Source: an uncultured Veillonella sp. (GTDB taxonomy: Bacteria > Bacillota > Negativicutes > Veillonellales > Veillonellaceae). From it: 64,000 bases of DNA. The stretch spans positions 8,007-72,006 of the forward strand of contig URPV01000001.1 in NCBI GenBank assembly GCA_900549805.1. The letters run 5' to 3'. The notes under the pieces are model-generated. The model searched no databases. It was not told the origin of the DNA and saw nothing but the letters and a program-made list of their open reading frames with translations. A program made the translations under genes and the position numbers. Below are positions 39,526 to 48,232 of this stretch, in pieces; position 1 is the first letter of the stretch, and the number at the start of each line of letters is the position of its first letter.

Positions 39526-39673
39526 GCTAGCCTAGTATTGGATTAAGGCAGTTCCTTGGGCCCGTGCAATGGGAGCCTGTGAACCGTGTCAGGACCGAGA
39601 GGTAGCAGCACTAAGCGGTAACTTTCATGTGCCATGGGGAACCCGGGGGGCTGTCTTAATCGAGTGCTAGGTG
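39526..39673 (+). ncRNA. ffs: signal recognition particle RNA
   Basis: Helix-8 motif GTCAGGACCGAGAGGTAGCAGC inside a long hairpin closed by CCTAGTATTGGATTAAGGCAG / CTGTCTTAATCGAGTGCTAGG; TATAAT upstream; lies before dnaX-ybaB-recR. Confidence 0.92.
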
Positions 39674-39674
39674 C

Positions 39675-39700
39675 AAAAGCAGCGAGGGCTGCTTTTTTTT
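39675..39700 (+). terminator. terminator after SRP RNA
   Basis: AAAAGCAGC ... GCTGCTTTTTTTT. Confidence 0.65.
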
Positions 39701-39732
39701 ATAGGTAAATTTCTTGGAAGGGAGGGTTGACT

Positions 39733-41670
39733 ATGGCCTATTTAGCCTTATACCGCAAATATAGACCTAAAGTTTTTGCTGATGTGGTGGGGCAAAAGCA
39801 GGTGTCAGAAACCCTAGTGAGGGCTATTGAGAGTGATAAGGTTGCCCATGCCTATCTCTTTGCTGGTCCTCGAGGAACGGGTAAGACCTCCATGGCTAAG
39901 ATTTTTGCCCGATCTATCAACTGTGCGGAGGGGCCGACGGCGACCCCTTGTGGACAGTGTACGGCCTGTAAGCAGATTCTTGCGGGTCAGTCTATGGATG
40001 TTTTGGAAATCGATGCGGCATCCAATCGAGGGATTGATGAGATTCGTGCCCTTCGGGAAAATGTTAAATTCATGCCTGTAGAAGGGCGGAAAAAGATCTT
40101 CATTATCGACGAAGCCCACATGTTGACTACTGAAGCTTGGAATGCCCTACTCAAGACCATTGAGGAGCCACCAGCTCATGTCATGTTTATATTTGCTACG
40201 ACAGAGGCAGAAAAGCTGCCCGTTACCATCCTGTCTCGTTGCCAACGCTATACATTTCGTCGAATTACGGCCGATGATATTGTGGGACGCCTCCAATACG
40301 TAGCGAGCCAAGAAGGGTTTGAGTTGGATCCTAAGGCCGCTCGTCTTATCGCCATCCATGCAGATGGTGGGATGCGGGATGCCCTGTCTATTTTAGACCA
40401 GTGTGCAGGTATGGCCGGAGGACTTATAGATACGGAGCTTGTAGAAAACCTTATAGGCTTGGTCTCTAAGGAATGGGTCATGGACCTCTTAGATCGCATT
40501 CATAAGGGAGATGGAGCTGGCATTTTAAGTGCTATTTCTCAAGCTTTAGTAGAAGGCCGTGATCCCCTTCAGATTCTAGATGCCCTCATACGACATGTTA
40601 GAGCCCTCCTCATTGGCAAGGTTGCCCCTGAAGAAGAGGAACTGGCCCTCTACGATACGGTTAAGGAGGCTTTCTTAGCGCAAAGCCAGGCCTTTTCCGT
40701 GGCGGATATTAACCGCTATGTTCACCAATTCCAAAGTATCCAGGGGGATGCTAAGGGGGTAGATAACCCGCGGACCATTGTAGAGATGGGCCTCTTAGTT
40801 ATGTGTGCAGAAAGCGGATCTGTTGAACGTGATTTGGAAAGCCGTATAGCTAGCTTGGAGGCTCGTGAGAGCCGTCAAGAGGAAGCTATCTTGAATCGCT
40901 TGACCAAGTTGGAGGCTGGAGGAGGTCGGGAATCAGCAAGGCCTAGTCAGGCTCCTTCTTATGGAGACCAGATTTCCTATTCTATGCCGGATGAAGAGTT
41001 TCCTGAGCCCTCTATGCCAGAGCCTAGTCAGCAGGAGGAAAGAGGGTCTAGCTCACTGGGTCAGAGCCCTCTTCCTAAGGTTAGCCCCCTCCCTAAGGTT
41101 AAACCTCTTCCTAAGCCAGGCGCTAGTCAAGGGTCTTCTCCTCAAAGCACACCATCTATACCAGCTGGTGCCCCTGTGACCATTGGTCAGGGCATAGTAG
41201 ATGCTGCTCAATACAGGACCATTCAGGGGAATGTGATAAACTATTTAAAGAGCCATCAGCGTTCCCTCTTGGCAACGGTCCTTAACCAGTCCCAACTAAT
41301 CTATGTGGACGCCTCTAAGGTGGTCTTTGTGGTTAAGTCTGCCCTTAATTACAGCATGCTAACCAATGCGGCTCACGCCAAGGATATTGGAGAGGCTTGC
41401 TATGCCTTTTTAGGTCACGCAGTAGCGGTTGAAGCGGTCAAGGCCAACTCTCCGCAAGCCGCTGAATACAAGGCAGCAGTCCAGAAGGGGGCCGTGCCTA
41501 GTCAGGAAGCTTCAGGGAATGCCATCAAGGGGGATCCTGAAGCCGGGGAGACCGGTGGGCATAAGTGGGATCCAGCTAATATGAGTCCCCAAGAGGCCGG
41601 CAATCCTATGATTAAGGAAACCCTGTCCAAACTTTCAGAAGAGTATGATATTTACGTTGAAGATAAATAA
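39733..41670 (+). CDS. dnaX: DNA polymerase III subunit gamma/tau
   Basis: ALYRKYRP, GPRGTGKT, zinc module, EIDAASN, IIDEAHML, SRC, GGMRD. Confidence 0.96.
   Translation: MAYLALYRKYRPKVFADVVGQKQVSETLVRAIESDKVAHAYLFAGPRGTGKTSMAKIFARSINCAEGPTATPCGQCTACKQILAGQSMDVLEIDAASNRGIDEIRALRENVKFMPVEGRKKIFIIDEAHMLTTEAWNALLKTIEEPPAHVMFIFATTEAEKLPVTILSRCQRYTFRRITADDIVGRLQYVASQEGFELDPKAARLIAIHADGGMRDALSILDQCAGMAGGLIDTELVENLIGLVSKEWVMDLLDRIHKGDGAGILSAISQALVEGRDPLQILDALIRHVRALLIGKVAPEEEELALYDTVKEAFLAQSQAFSVADINRYVHQFQSIQGDAKGVDNPRTIVEMGLLVMCAESGSVERDLESRIASLEARESRQEEAILNRLTKLEAGGGRESARPSQAPSYGDQISYSMPDEEFPEPSMPEPSQQEERGSSSLGQSPLPKVSPLPKVKPLPKPGASQGSSPQSTPSIPAGAPVTIGQGIVDAAQYRTIQGNVINYLKSHQRSLLATVLNQSQLIYVDASKVVFVVKSALNYSMLTNAAHAKDIGEACYAFLGHAVAVEAVKANSPQAAEYKAAVQKGAVPSQEASGNAIKGDPEAGETGGHKWDPANMSPQEAGNPMIKETLSKLSEEYDIYVEDK
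41065..41118 (+). repeat. 18-bp in-frame tandem repeat x3 in dnaX (SPLPKV SPLPKV KPLPKP)
   Basis: AGCCCTCTTCCTAAGGTT / AGCCCCCTCCCTAAGGTT / AAACCTCTTCCTAAGCCA. Confidence 0.8.
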
Positions 41671-41681
41671 GGAGAAAGAAT

Positions 41682-42008
41682 ATGTTCGGTAAAATGGGTC
41701 AAATGCAAGGCATGATGAAGAAAGTTCAAAAGATGCAAGCAGACATGAAAAAGATGCAAGAAGAGTTGAAAACACGAACTGTAGAAGCTTCTGTGGGAGG
41801 CGGTGCCGTAACGGTTGTCATGAATGGTGAAAAGTTCATCGAATCTATCAAGATTAACCCTTCTGCTGTAGATCCTGAAGAAGTGGATATGTTGGAAGAT
41901 TTGGTAAAGGCTGCTGTTAACGAAGCAGGCGCTAAGGTAGATGACCTTCTCTCCCAAGAAATGGGCAAGGTAACAGGTGGTCTTAACTTGCCAACAGGTT
42001 TGTTCTAA
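41682..42008 (+). CDS. ybaB: YbaB/EbfC nucleoid-associated protein
   Basis: MQ-rich N-terminus, GGGAVTV, DMLEDL; sits between dnaX and recR. Confidence 0.93.
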   Translation: MFGKMGQMQGMMKKVQKMQADMKKMQEELKTRTVEASVGGGAVTVVMNGEKFIESIKINPSAVDPEEVDMLEDLVKAAVNEAGAKVDDLLSQEMGKVTGGLNLPTGLF

Positions 42009-42009
42009 G

Positions 42010-42609
42010 ATGTCTGCCAATGCTTTAGAACGGCTGGTTGAACAACTACGGCGCCTACCGGGTATCGGGTCCAAGTCGGCTCGTCGACTGGCCTATCACC
42101 TGGTGGAAATGGACCAAGAAAATGTAGATCAACTGGTCAATACTATCGTAGAAGCTAAGGGAGCTACCCACCATTGTTCCATTTGCTTTAATCTATCTAG
42201 CCAAGACCCTTGTGAATTTTGCTCTAATCCTCAACGGGATCAAAAGACCATTATGGTGGTAGAATCCTCCCGGGATGTCATGGCCATTGAACGATCTGGC
42301 GACTATCGGGGCCTGTATCACGTCCTAGAAGGGGCTCTTTCCCCTATGGAAGGGATTGGGGTAGAAGATATTCGCATCAAGGAATTGGTAGCTCGCTTGC
42401 ATGACGGGGTGGTACAAGAGGTCATTTTGGCTACGGATCCGGATGTGGAAGGAGAGGCAACAGCCCTTTATATTTCTCGTCTCTTACAAGGATCTGGTAT
42501 CAAGGTAACCCGCATTGCTCGAGGCGTACCTGTCGGCGGTGATATTGAATACGCCGATGAATTAACTCTTGGCGGTGCTGTTAATAACCGTCAAGAGATG
42601 AAAGGTTAG
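42010..42609 (+). CDS. recR: recombination mediator RecR
   Basis: LPGIGSKSARRLA HhH, CSIC...CEFC, YHVL, EGEATA toprim region, IARGVPVG. Confidence 0.96.
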   Translation: MSANALERLVEQLRRLPGIGSKSARRLAYHLVEMDQENVDQLVNTIVEAKGATHHCSICFNLSSQDPCEFCSNPQRDQKTIMVVESSRDVMAIERSGDYRGLYHVLEGALSPMEGIGVEDIRIKELVARLHDGVVQEVILATDPDVEGEATALYISRLLQGSGIKVTRIARGVPVGGDIEYADELTLGGAVNNRQEMKG

Positions 42610-42610
42610 T

Positions 42611-42871
42611 ATGGAACAAGTAGTCTCTCAAATCATGGCCCATCCAGTAGCTTCTGTGGCTATTACAGTGGTAGCTATTGTCATTGCTTTTAAGATGGCC
42701 TTTTATACCATAAAAAGAGTCGTTCTTAATGCCCTTATGGGGGCAGCTGTTTACTTAGCAGCCACACAGGTCCTCCATGTCCAATTGGATCCTGGCCTTT
42801 GGGTATGGGGGCTAACCATTCTCTTTGGCCCTATTCCTATGGCCATCCTGACAGGTTGGCATATTCTCTAA
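42611..42871 (+). CDS. small membrane protein, BofA-like
   Basis: 86 aa, three hydrophobic segments, NALMG...FGP pattern; directly after recR, as bofA is in Bacillus. Confidence 0.6.
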   Translation: MEQVVSQIMAHPVASVAITVVAIVIAFKMAFYTIKRVVLNALMGAAVYLAATQVLHVQLDPGLWVWGLTILFGPIPMAILTGWHIL

Positions 42872-42891
42872 TGAAAGCTGGAGGCGATACT

Positions 42892-45483
42892 ATGGCACTC
42901 AATGCCCAACAAGAATTGGTGGTTCATGAATTGGACCGCAATCTTCTCTTAGTCGCTTCTGCAGGAACTGGAAAAACGAATACGCTGGCTTATCGAGTGG
43001 CCCATATTCTAGATACAGAAATGGCTCACGCGGACCAAATCCTCTGCATGACCTTTACCAATAAGGCTTGTCGCGAGATGAAGGACCGTATCCTATCCTT
43101 GGTAGGTCAGGCCGCAAAAGCTGTGGAGGTTTCAACCTTCCACAGCTTTTGTTTTAAGGTTCTTACAGAAGAGGCAAAGCGTAACGAAGAATTATATACA
43201 GACCTAACCATCTTCGATGAAGAAGATTGCCAGGAGCTTTTTTTGCCCTACAAGCCGGCCTCTATTAAGGCGGCTCGCTTTGGTAACCTCTTGGGGGCCA
43301 TCAAGGAAGGCCGGTCACTATACGGTTTCTATACGGAGGATCCTCGAGCTGACTATGAAAAGACCATCCAGGTCATGGACCAAGACCCTAAGGGGCCTTT
43401 GAAAGCTTACTTCACAGGTTTTGACGGTCAGCTATACTTGGGAGACTACCAAGACTTCTTAGCCCATGGGGCTGATTGGTTGGCTCTCTATGACCAAGCT
43501 TTGCGGAATGTGCACGGTCTGGACTTTATGGATCTCATTACAGGTGTTCATCGCCTCTTCCAAGATCCATCTGTCTGCCAGCGTTGGCGAGACCGCTATC
43601 GCTATATAGCGGTGGATGAAATGCAAGATACGGGCACCTTGGAATATAAGGTTATGAAGGTTCTCTGGGAGGGGAATCGGGTTCTCCTCTGTGGTGACTA
43701 CTTCCAAACCATCTACGAGTGGCGAGGGTCTGATCCCTTTCATATCTTAGAGGATTATGTAGAGCACTTTGACCCTGTGAAAGTGACCTTTTATGATAAC
43801 TACCGAGCCAATAAGACTCTCTTCTTAGCGGCTTTTAAGACCCTAGAAGCCATGTTCCCACAAGAGGTAGCTGCTATTTATGACAAGATGCCGCAATCAG
43901 CCTCCCCTAAAGGAGGCAAGCCAATCCTAGTAGAGGCCTGCCGCAATGAATATGAAGAGGCTAAGTTTATTTACGACGCCATCCGGGCCCTTCCGCGGGA
44001 GGATACCATAGGGGTTTTGGTGCGGGATAATAAAAAGGCGATTCGTCTATCTAACCTCTTTGAACGCTTTAATAGGGATTACCCCGAGGCGGACCAACGG
44101 CCCTTTATGATTATCGATGAGTTCAAGTTCTACCGGCGCCAGGAAATCAAGGACGTCATGGCCTATTTCAAGCTCATCATGAATCCCAATGACGCTGTAT
44201 CAGCCCGTCGGATTATTAAACGGTATGTGGCGGGGATCGGTCAGGCCCGCCTCAAGGAACTGGAATCGCCAAAGGTCCGTCAGGCCGGCTTAAAGCTGAC
44301 GGACTTTATGGATTTAGCCATCTTTGAAGGGGAGCCTTATGCAGGCCTCTTGCAGGGCTTACAGGACCATACCGTGGTCGTCTATGACGTAGAGTCCACA
44401 GGAACGGATACGACCTCTGATAATATCATTCAAATTGCAGCTATACGCATCGACCAGGATGGAAAGATTCTAGAGTCTTTTGAACGCTTTATTAAGCCCG
44501 CAAAATCGGTCGGACAGTCCGCTGAAGTTCATGGTTTTACCGATGAATTTTTAGCAGAACATGGGGAAGAGCCGGCTAAGGTACTCCAGGACTTTAAGAA
44601 TTTCTCCAAGGGGGCAGTCATCGTAGGTCATAATGTTAACTACGATGTATCTATCTTTACCTCGGAACTCCATCGGCATGGCCTAGGGGAACCAGACTTC
44701 AAGGCCATTTACGATACCTTGGACATATTCCGCCGTTTCTATCCTAACCTGCCTAACCACAAGCTAGGCTTCTTATCTGACTACTTCCCGATTGACCATA
44801 AACCTAGCCATGATGCTATGGATGACATCCTGGCTACGGCCCTCCTCCTCGTCTATGCAGTGGAGCATAATATTCGCCCTACGGAGGATACCCGTATGGC
44901 CCTCATCAATTCCTATAAGGGGGCCTTCGCAGGATTGGCCTCTCAAATGACGACCCTCCGGCGCAAGGCCCAGGTTGAAAAACCATCGGATCTATTGGCT
45001 TATATCATGAAGGATATGGGCATTTTAGATTATTACCAGGAACGGCATGAGGGACCGCGGGTCGAGCGTATCCGTGACCTCTACCGAATTTTAGTAGACC
45101 TAGATCAAGACTATGCCTCTGTAGGCAGTCGGGACCGATTATCCCTTATCGTACAATTAGCAGCTTTGACCGCAGGGGAACCGGTTAATCAAGGAAAGCG
45201 TAAACATGCGATCCCTATCATTACGGTCCACCAAGCTAAAGGATCTGAATTTGCCCACCTCTTCTTGGCAGGCCTTAATGAGGGAACGTTCCCATCCTTC
45301 TTAGCAGAAAAAGAGGGCCGTCTAGAGGAAGAAAAGCGCCTCTTCTATGTGGCCATTACCCGGCCTAAGGAAGATTTGACCATCACCTATATACGAGAGA
45401 ATGAACGGGGCCGGTCTAGTAAGCCCTCTTCTTTCTTAGGTTACTTGCCTCAGGATAGGGACCTAGTTAAGATCGTTCAATAA
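42892..45483 (+). CDS. UvrD/PcrA-like SF1 helicase with inserted DEDDh 3'-5' exonuclease domain
   Basis: Helicase motifs ASAGTGKT, TFTNKA, DEMQD, GDYFQTIYEWRG, TVHQAKGSEF, EEKRLFYVAITR; exonuclease motifs YDVESTG, GHNVNYD, HDAMDD. Confidence 0.9.
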   Translation: MALNAQQELVVHELDRNLLLVASAGTGKTNTLAYRVAHILDTEMAHADQILCMTFTNKACREMKDRILSLVGQAAKAVEVSTFHSFCFKVLTEEAKRNEELYTDLTIFDEEDCQELFLPYKPASIKAARFGNLLGAIKEGRSLYGFYTEDPRADYEKTIQVMDQDPKGPLKAYFTGFDGQLYLGDYQDFLAHGADWLALYDQALRNVHGLDFMDLITGVHRLFQDPSVCQRWRDRYRYIAVDEMQDTGTLEYKVMKVLWEGNRVLLCGDYFQTIYEWRGSDPFHILEDYVEHFDPVKVTFYDNYRANKTLFLAAFKTLEAMFPQEVAAIYDKMPQSASPKGGKPILVEACRNEYEEAKFIYDAIRALPREDTIGVLVRDNKKAIRLSNLFERFNRDYPEADQRPFMIIDEFKFYRRQEIKDVMAYFKLIMNPNDAVSARRIIKRYVAGIGQARLKELESPKVRQAGLKLTDFMDLAIFEGEPYAGLLQGLQDHTVVVYDVESTGTDTTSDNIIQIAAIRIDQDGKILESFERFIKPAKSVGQSAEVHGFTDEFLAEHGEEPAKVLQDFKNFSKGAVIVGHNVNYDVSIFTSELHRHGLGEPDFKAIYDTLDIFRRFYPNLPNHKLGFLSDYFPIDHKPSHDAMDDILATALLLVYAVEHNIRPTEDTRMALINSYKGAFAGLASQMTTLRRKAQVEKPSDLLAYIMKDMGILDYYQERHEGPRVERIRDLYRILVDLDQDYASVGSRDRLSLIVQLAALTAGEPVNQGKRKHAIPIITVHQAKGSEFAHLFLAGLNEGTFPSFLAEKEGRLEEEKRLFYVAITRPKEDLTITYIRENERGRSSKPSSFLGYLPQDRDLVKIVQ

Positions 45484-45575
45484 GGAAAATTAGGGGCTAG
45501 CAGCCTTATGGATTTACTATATCAATATATTTTGATATACTTTTCCTATTAGATTGCACTATGAAAGGGGGCCCA

Positions 45576-46499
45576 ATGGCACGTAAAAGCTACCGTGAAG
45601 ACGACATTGTAATCGATGTTGCCGCTGATCAAGCCTCTATGACCCTAGGGTCCCTATTAGACCATAAGGGGTATCCACGTAAGTCCATGAAGGGCCTATT
45701 CGATGATAAGCTAGTCCTCCTCAATGGTCATAAGACCAACCCTAAGGCGGTCTTAGCTAGCGGAGATCAGATCCGCCTACAGATGCCTAAGGAAAAGTTA
45801 GACTACGACCCAATTTCTATGGATTTGACCATAGTCTATGAAGATCATGATATCTTGGTACTAGATAAACCAGTGGGCATTACCGTCAATTCTCAAGGAC
45901 AGGTTTCGCTAGCTAATGGCATTGCTTCTTACTTTAAGGACCAGGGGATCAAGCGGAAAGTTCGTTTTCTGAATCGCCTAGACAGGGATACATCAGGTTG
46001 TGTCGTCATTGCTAAGTCTGGCCTGGCTCAATCCATTTACCAAGGGCAGATGGATCACCATAGTTTTAGAAAGTTCTATCGGGCACAAGTACAAGGAGAC
46101 TTGCAGAAGGCCGACCTATCTTCTGATCAGGAGGGCATAGAGGCCACTGATATTTGCAATGTATTGACCCAAATCTGTAAGACCGTCTATTCTTTGACCT
46201 TCCCCATGGGGCGAGCCGCTGATGGCATTCATCAAGAAGTGAGAGCCGATGGAAAGAAGACCCGGACAGATTTTGAAATCCTGGACTATGATCAAGTTAA
46301 GGACCAAACCCAGGTGGAGGTAGAACTTTTTACAGGCCGAACCCACCAAATCCGTCTGGCCTTTGCCCACTTAGGTTATCCTCTGGTAGGGGACATCCTT
46401 TATGGGGCCAAACCAACAGGTAAGCCCTTCTCCCTTCGCGCGCATAAGATTATCTTTAAGCATATGCGTGATGGGCACAAGGTGACTTTGGACGTATAG
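45576..46499 (+). CDS. RluA/RluD family pseudouridine synthase
   Basis: S4-like N-terminus, DKPVG, NRLDRDTSG, TGRTHQIR, PLVGD. Confidence 0.92.
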   Translation: MARKSYREDDIVIDVAADQASMTLGSLLDHKGYPRKSMKGLFDDKLVLLNGHKTNPKAVLASGDQIRLQMPKEKLDYDPISMDLTIVYEDHDILVLDKPVGITVNSQGQVSLANGIASYFKDQGIKRKVRFLNRLDRDTSGCVVIAKSGLAQSIYQGQMDHHSFRKFYRAQVQGDLQKADLSSDQEGIEATDICNVLTQICKTVYSLTFPMGRAADGIHQEVRADGKKTRTDFEILDYDQVKDQTQVEVELFTGRTHQIRLAFAHLGYPLVGDILYGAKPTGKPFSLRAHKIIFKHMRDGHKVTLDV

Positions 46500-46510
46500 A
46501 AGCTTTACTT

Positions 46511-46553
46511 AAAAAGGAGTCCCTCCTAGACAAGTCTAGGAGGGACTCCTTTT
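46511..46553. terminator. bidirectional terminator
   Basis: AAAAGGAGTCCCTCCTAGAC-aa-GTCTAGGAGGGACTCCTTTT between convergent genes. Confidence 0.85.
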
Positions 46554-46609
46554 GGATTTATTAGCTATACTAGTTTTTCTATAGGCTTCTAGCTTTCATA
46601 GGAAAGAGG

Positions 46610-48019
46610 TCACTCTTTCTTCTTAGATTCGGCATCGCTTAGGTCTATGATTTCTTCTTCTAGAGGGTCTGGTACGTCCGAATGGAGCATGGAATAAAAG
46701 GCCCAGAGGATGATAAACCAAACCGGCGTAAATATAAGGGCAATCCGGGTGTCTGGGGAATAGGCTAACATAATCAAGATGAAGGCGAAGAAGGCCAAGA
46801 TTAGGTAATTAGAAATAGGGTAGAGAGGCATCTTAAAGGAAGAAGCCTTAGCCAGTTCTGCCTTTTGTTTGCGGTACTTGAGATGGCAGATGACCATCAT
46901 TGCCCAGATAAAGATGAAACAGAAGGTAGAAATCGAAGTAATCATGACGAATACTGCTTCTGGCATGACATAGTTGAGGACAACGGTGATGAGCAGGACT
47001 GCTGCAGAGAAGATGGTCGCTTGGTAAGGGACGCGGGAGCCTGTGAGGTGACGCATGGTCCGAGGGGCATGACCTCGTTGGGAAAGGGCGTAGATCATAC
47101 GGCCTGTGGAGAAAATTCCTGAATTGGTAGCAGAGGCAGCGGAGGTCAAGACAACAAAGTTGATGATGGAAGCCGCTGCAGCAATCCCTATAGCAGAGAA
47201 AACGGCTACAAATGGACTCTTAGCAGGGTTTACCGCAGTCCAAGGGTAAATGGACATGATGATGGCCAAAGCGCCCACATAGAAGATAATAATGCGAATA
47301 GGGATATTATTAATGGCCATAGGAATGACCTTTTTAGGATTTTCTGTTTCCCCAGCGGTGAGGCCCACCAGTTCGATACCGGTAAAGGCGAATACAACCA
47401 TTTGGAAGGAGAGGATAAAGCCCCCTATGCCATTAGGGAACCAGCCCCCGTAATTCCAAAGATTGGTGAATGAGGAAGGACCTGCATCGGTAGAGAAGCC
47501 TGTCATAATCATGACGCCGCCTATGATGATGAGGGAGAGGATGGCGATGACCTTAATGAGGGCAAACCAGAATTCTAGTTCTCCGAAGTGTTTGACCGCC
47601 GTTAAATTCATGAATAAGAGAATTAGTAAAACTACTAGGGCTGGAATCCATTGGGGTAACCAGGGTATCCAAAACTGCATGTATTGGCCTACGGCCGTCA
47701 AGTCCGCCATGGCTAAGGATAACCAGCAGAACCAATAGGTCCAACCGGTGATGAAGGCAGCCCTATCGCCCAGATACTCTTCTACGAAGTCCACGAAGGA
47801 ATGGTAGCCTGTATTGGACAATAGTAATTCGCCCAAGGCCCGCATAATGAAGAAACAGATGGTGCCCGTAATTAAATAGGCTAGAAGGATGGAAGGGCCT
47901 GCTAAGTGGATGGCCCGGCCGGAACCCAAGAAGAGACCCGTACCGATGGCGCCACCAATGGCAAGGAGTTGTACGTGCCGATTCTTGAGGCCCCGGCTCA
48001 ATTGACGATGTCGAGTCAT
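46610..48019 (-). CDS. APC amino-acid permease (CycA/AapA-like)
   Basis: RHVQLLAIGGAIGTGLFLG, GELEFWFALIK, FTGIELVGLTAGET. Confidence 0.9.
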   Translation of the reverse strand: MTRHRQLSRGLKNRHVQLLAIGGAIGTGLFLGSGRAIHLAGPSILLAYLITGTICFFIMRALGELLLSNTGYHSFVDFVEEYLGDRAAFITGWTYWFCWLSLAMADLTAVGQYMQFWIPWLPQWIPALVVLLILLFMNLTAVKHFGELEFWFALIKVIAILSLIIIGGVMIMTGFSTDAGPSSFTNLWNYGGWFPNGIGGFILSFQMVVFAFTGIELVGLTAGETENPKKVIPMAINNIPIRIIIFYVGALAIIMSIYPWTAVNPAKSPFVAVFSAIGIAAAASIINFVVLTSAASATNSGIFSTGRMIYALSQRGHAPRTMRHLTGSRVPYQATIFSAAVLLITVVLNYVMPEAVFVMITSISTFCFIFIWAMMVICHLKYRKQKAELAKASSFKMPLYPISNYLILAFFAFILIMLAYSPDTRIALIFTPVWFIILWAFYSMLHSDVPDPLEEEIIDLSDAESKKKE

Positions 48020-48155
48020 GGATAACCTCTTTCATAGTAAACAATAAAACATAGTATATATCATAGTATGTCCACTCTAAAAAAGCAAGTGTACTTTATA
48101 TATAGACATATAACGAATGGATTCATTACGAAGCCTTATAGGGCTCGCTAGGCAT

Positions 48156-48203
48156 AATAAAAGGAGGGGCTAGTTAATCGATTCTGATTAACTAGCCCCT
48201 CCT
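48156..48203 (-). terminator. intrinsic terminator of the NCS2 permease gene
   Basis: 18-bp stem AGGAGGGGCTAGTTAATC / GATTAACTAGCCCCTCCT with T-run on the minus strand. Confidence 0.8.
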
Positions 48204-48232
48204 GGGTATTGTTCGTATATTATTAGGAACCC

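Noticed and set aside
48020..48155. Possible glycine riboswitch or leader peptide before the CycA-like permease
   Set aside because: Only a plain promoter (TTGCTT-17-TATGAT) with a short UTR; no aptamer or leader ORF.
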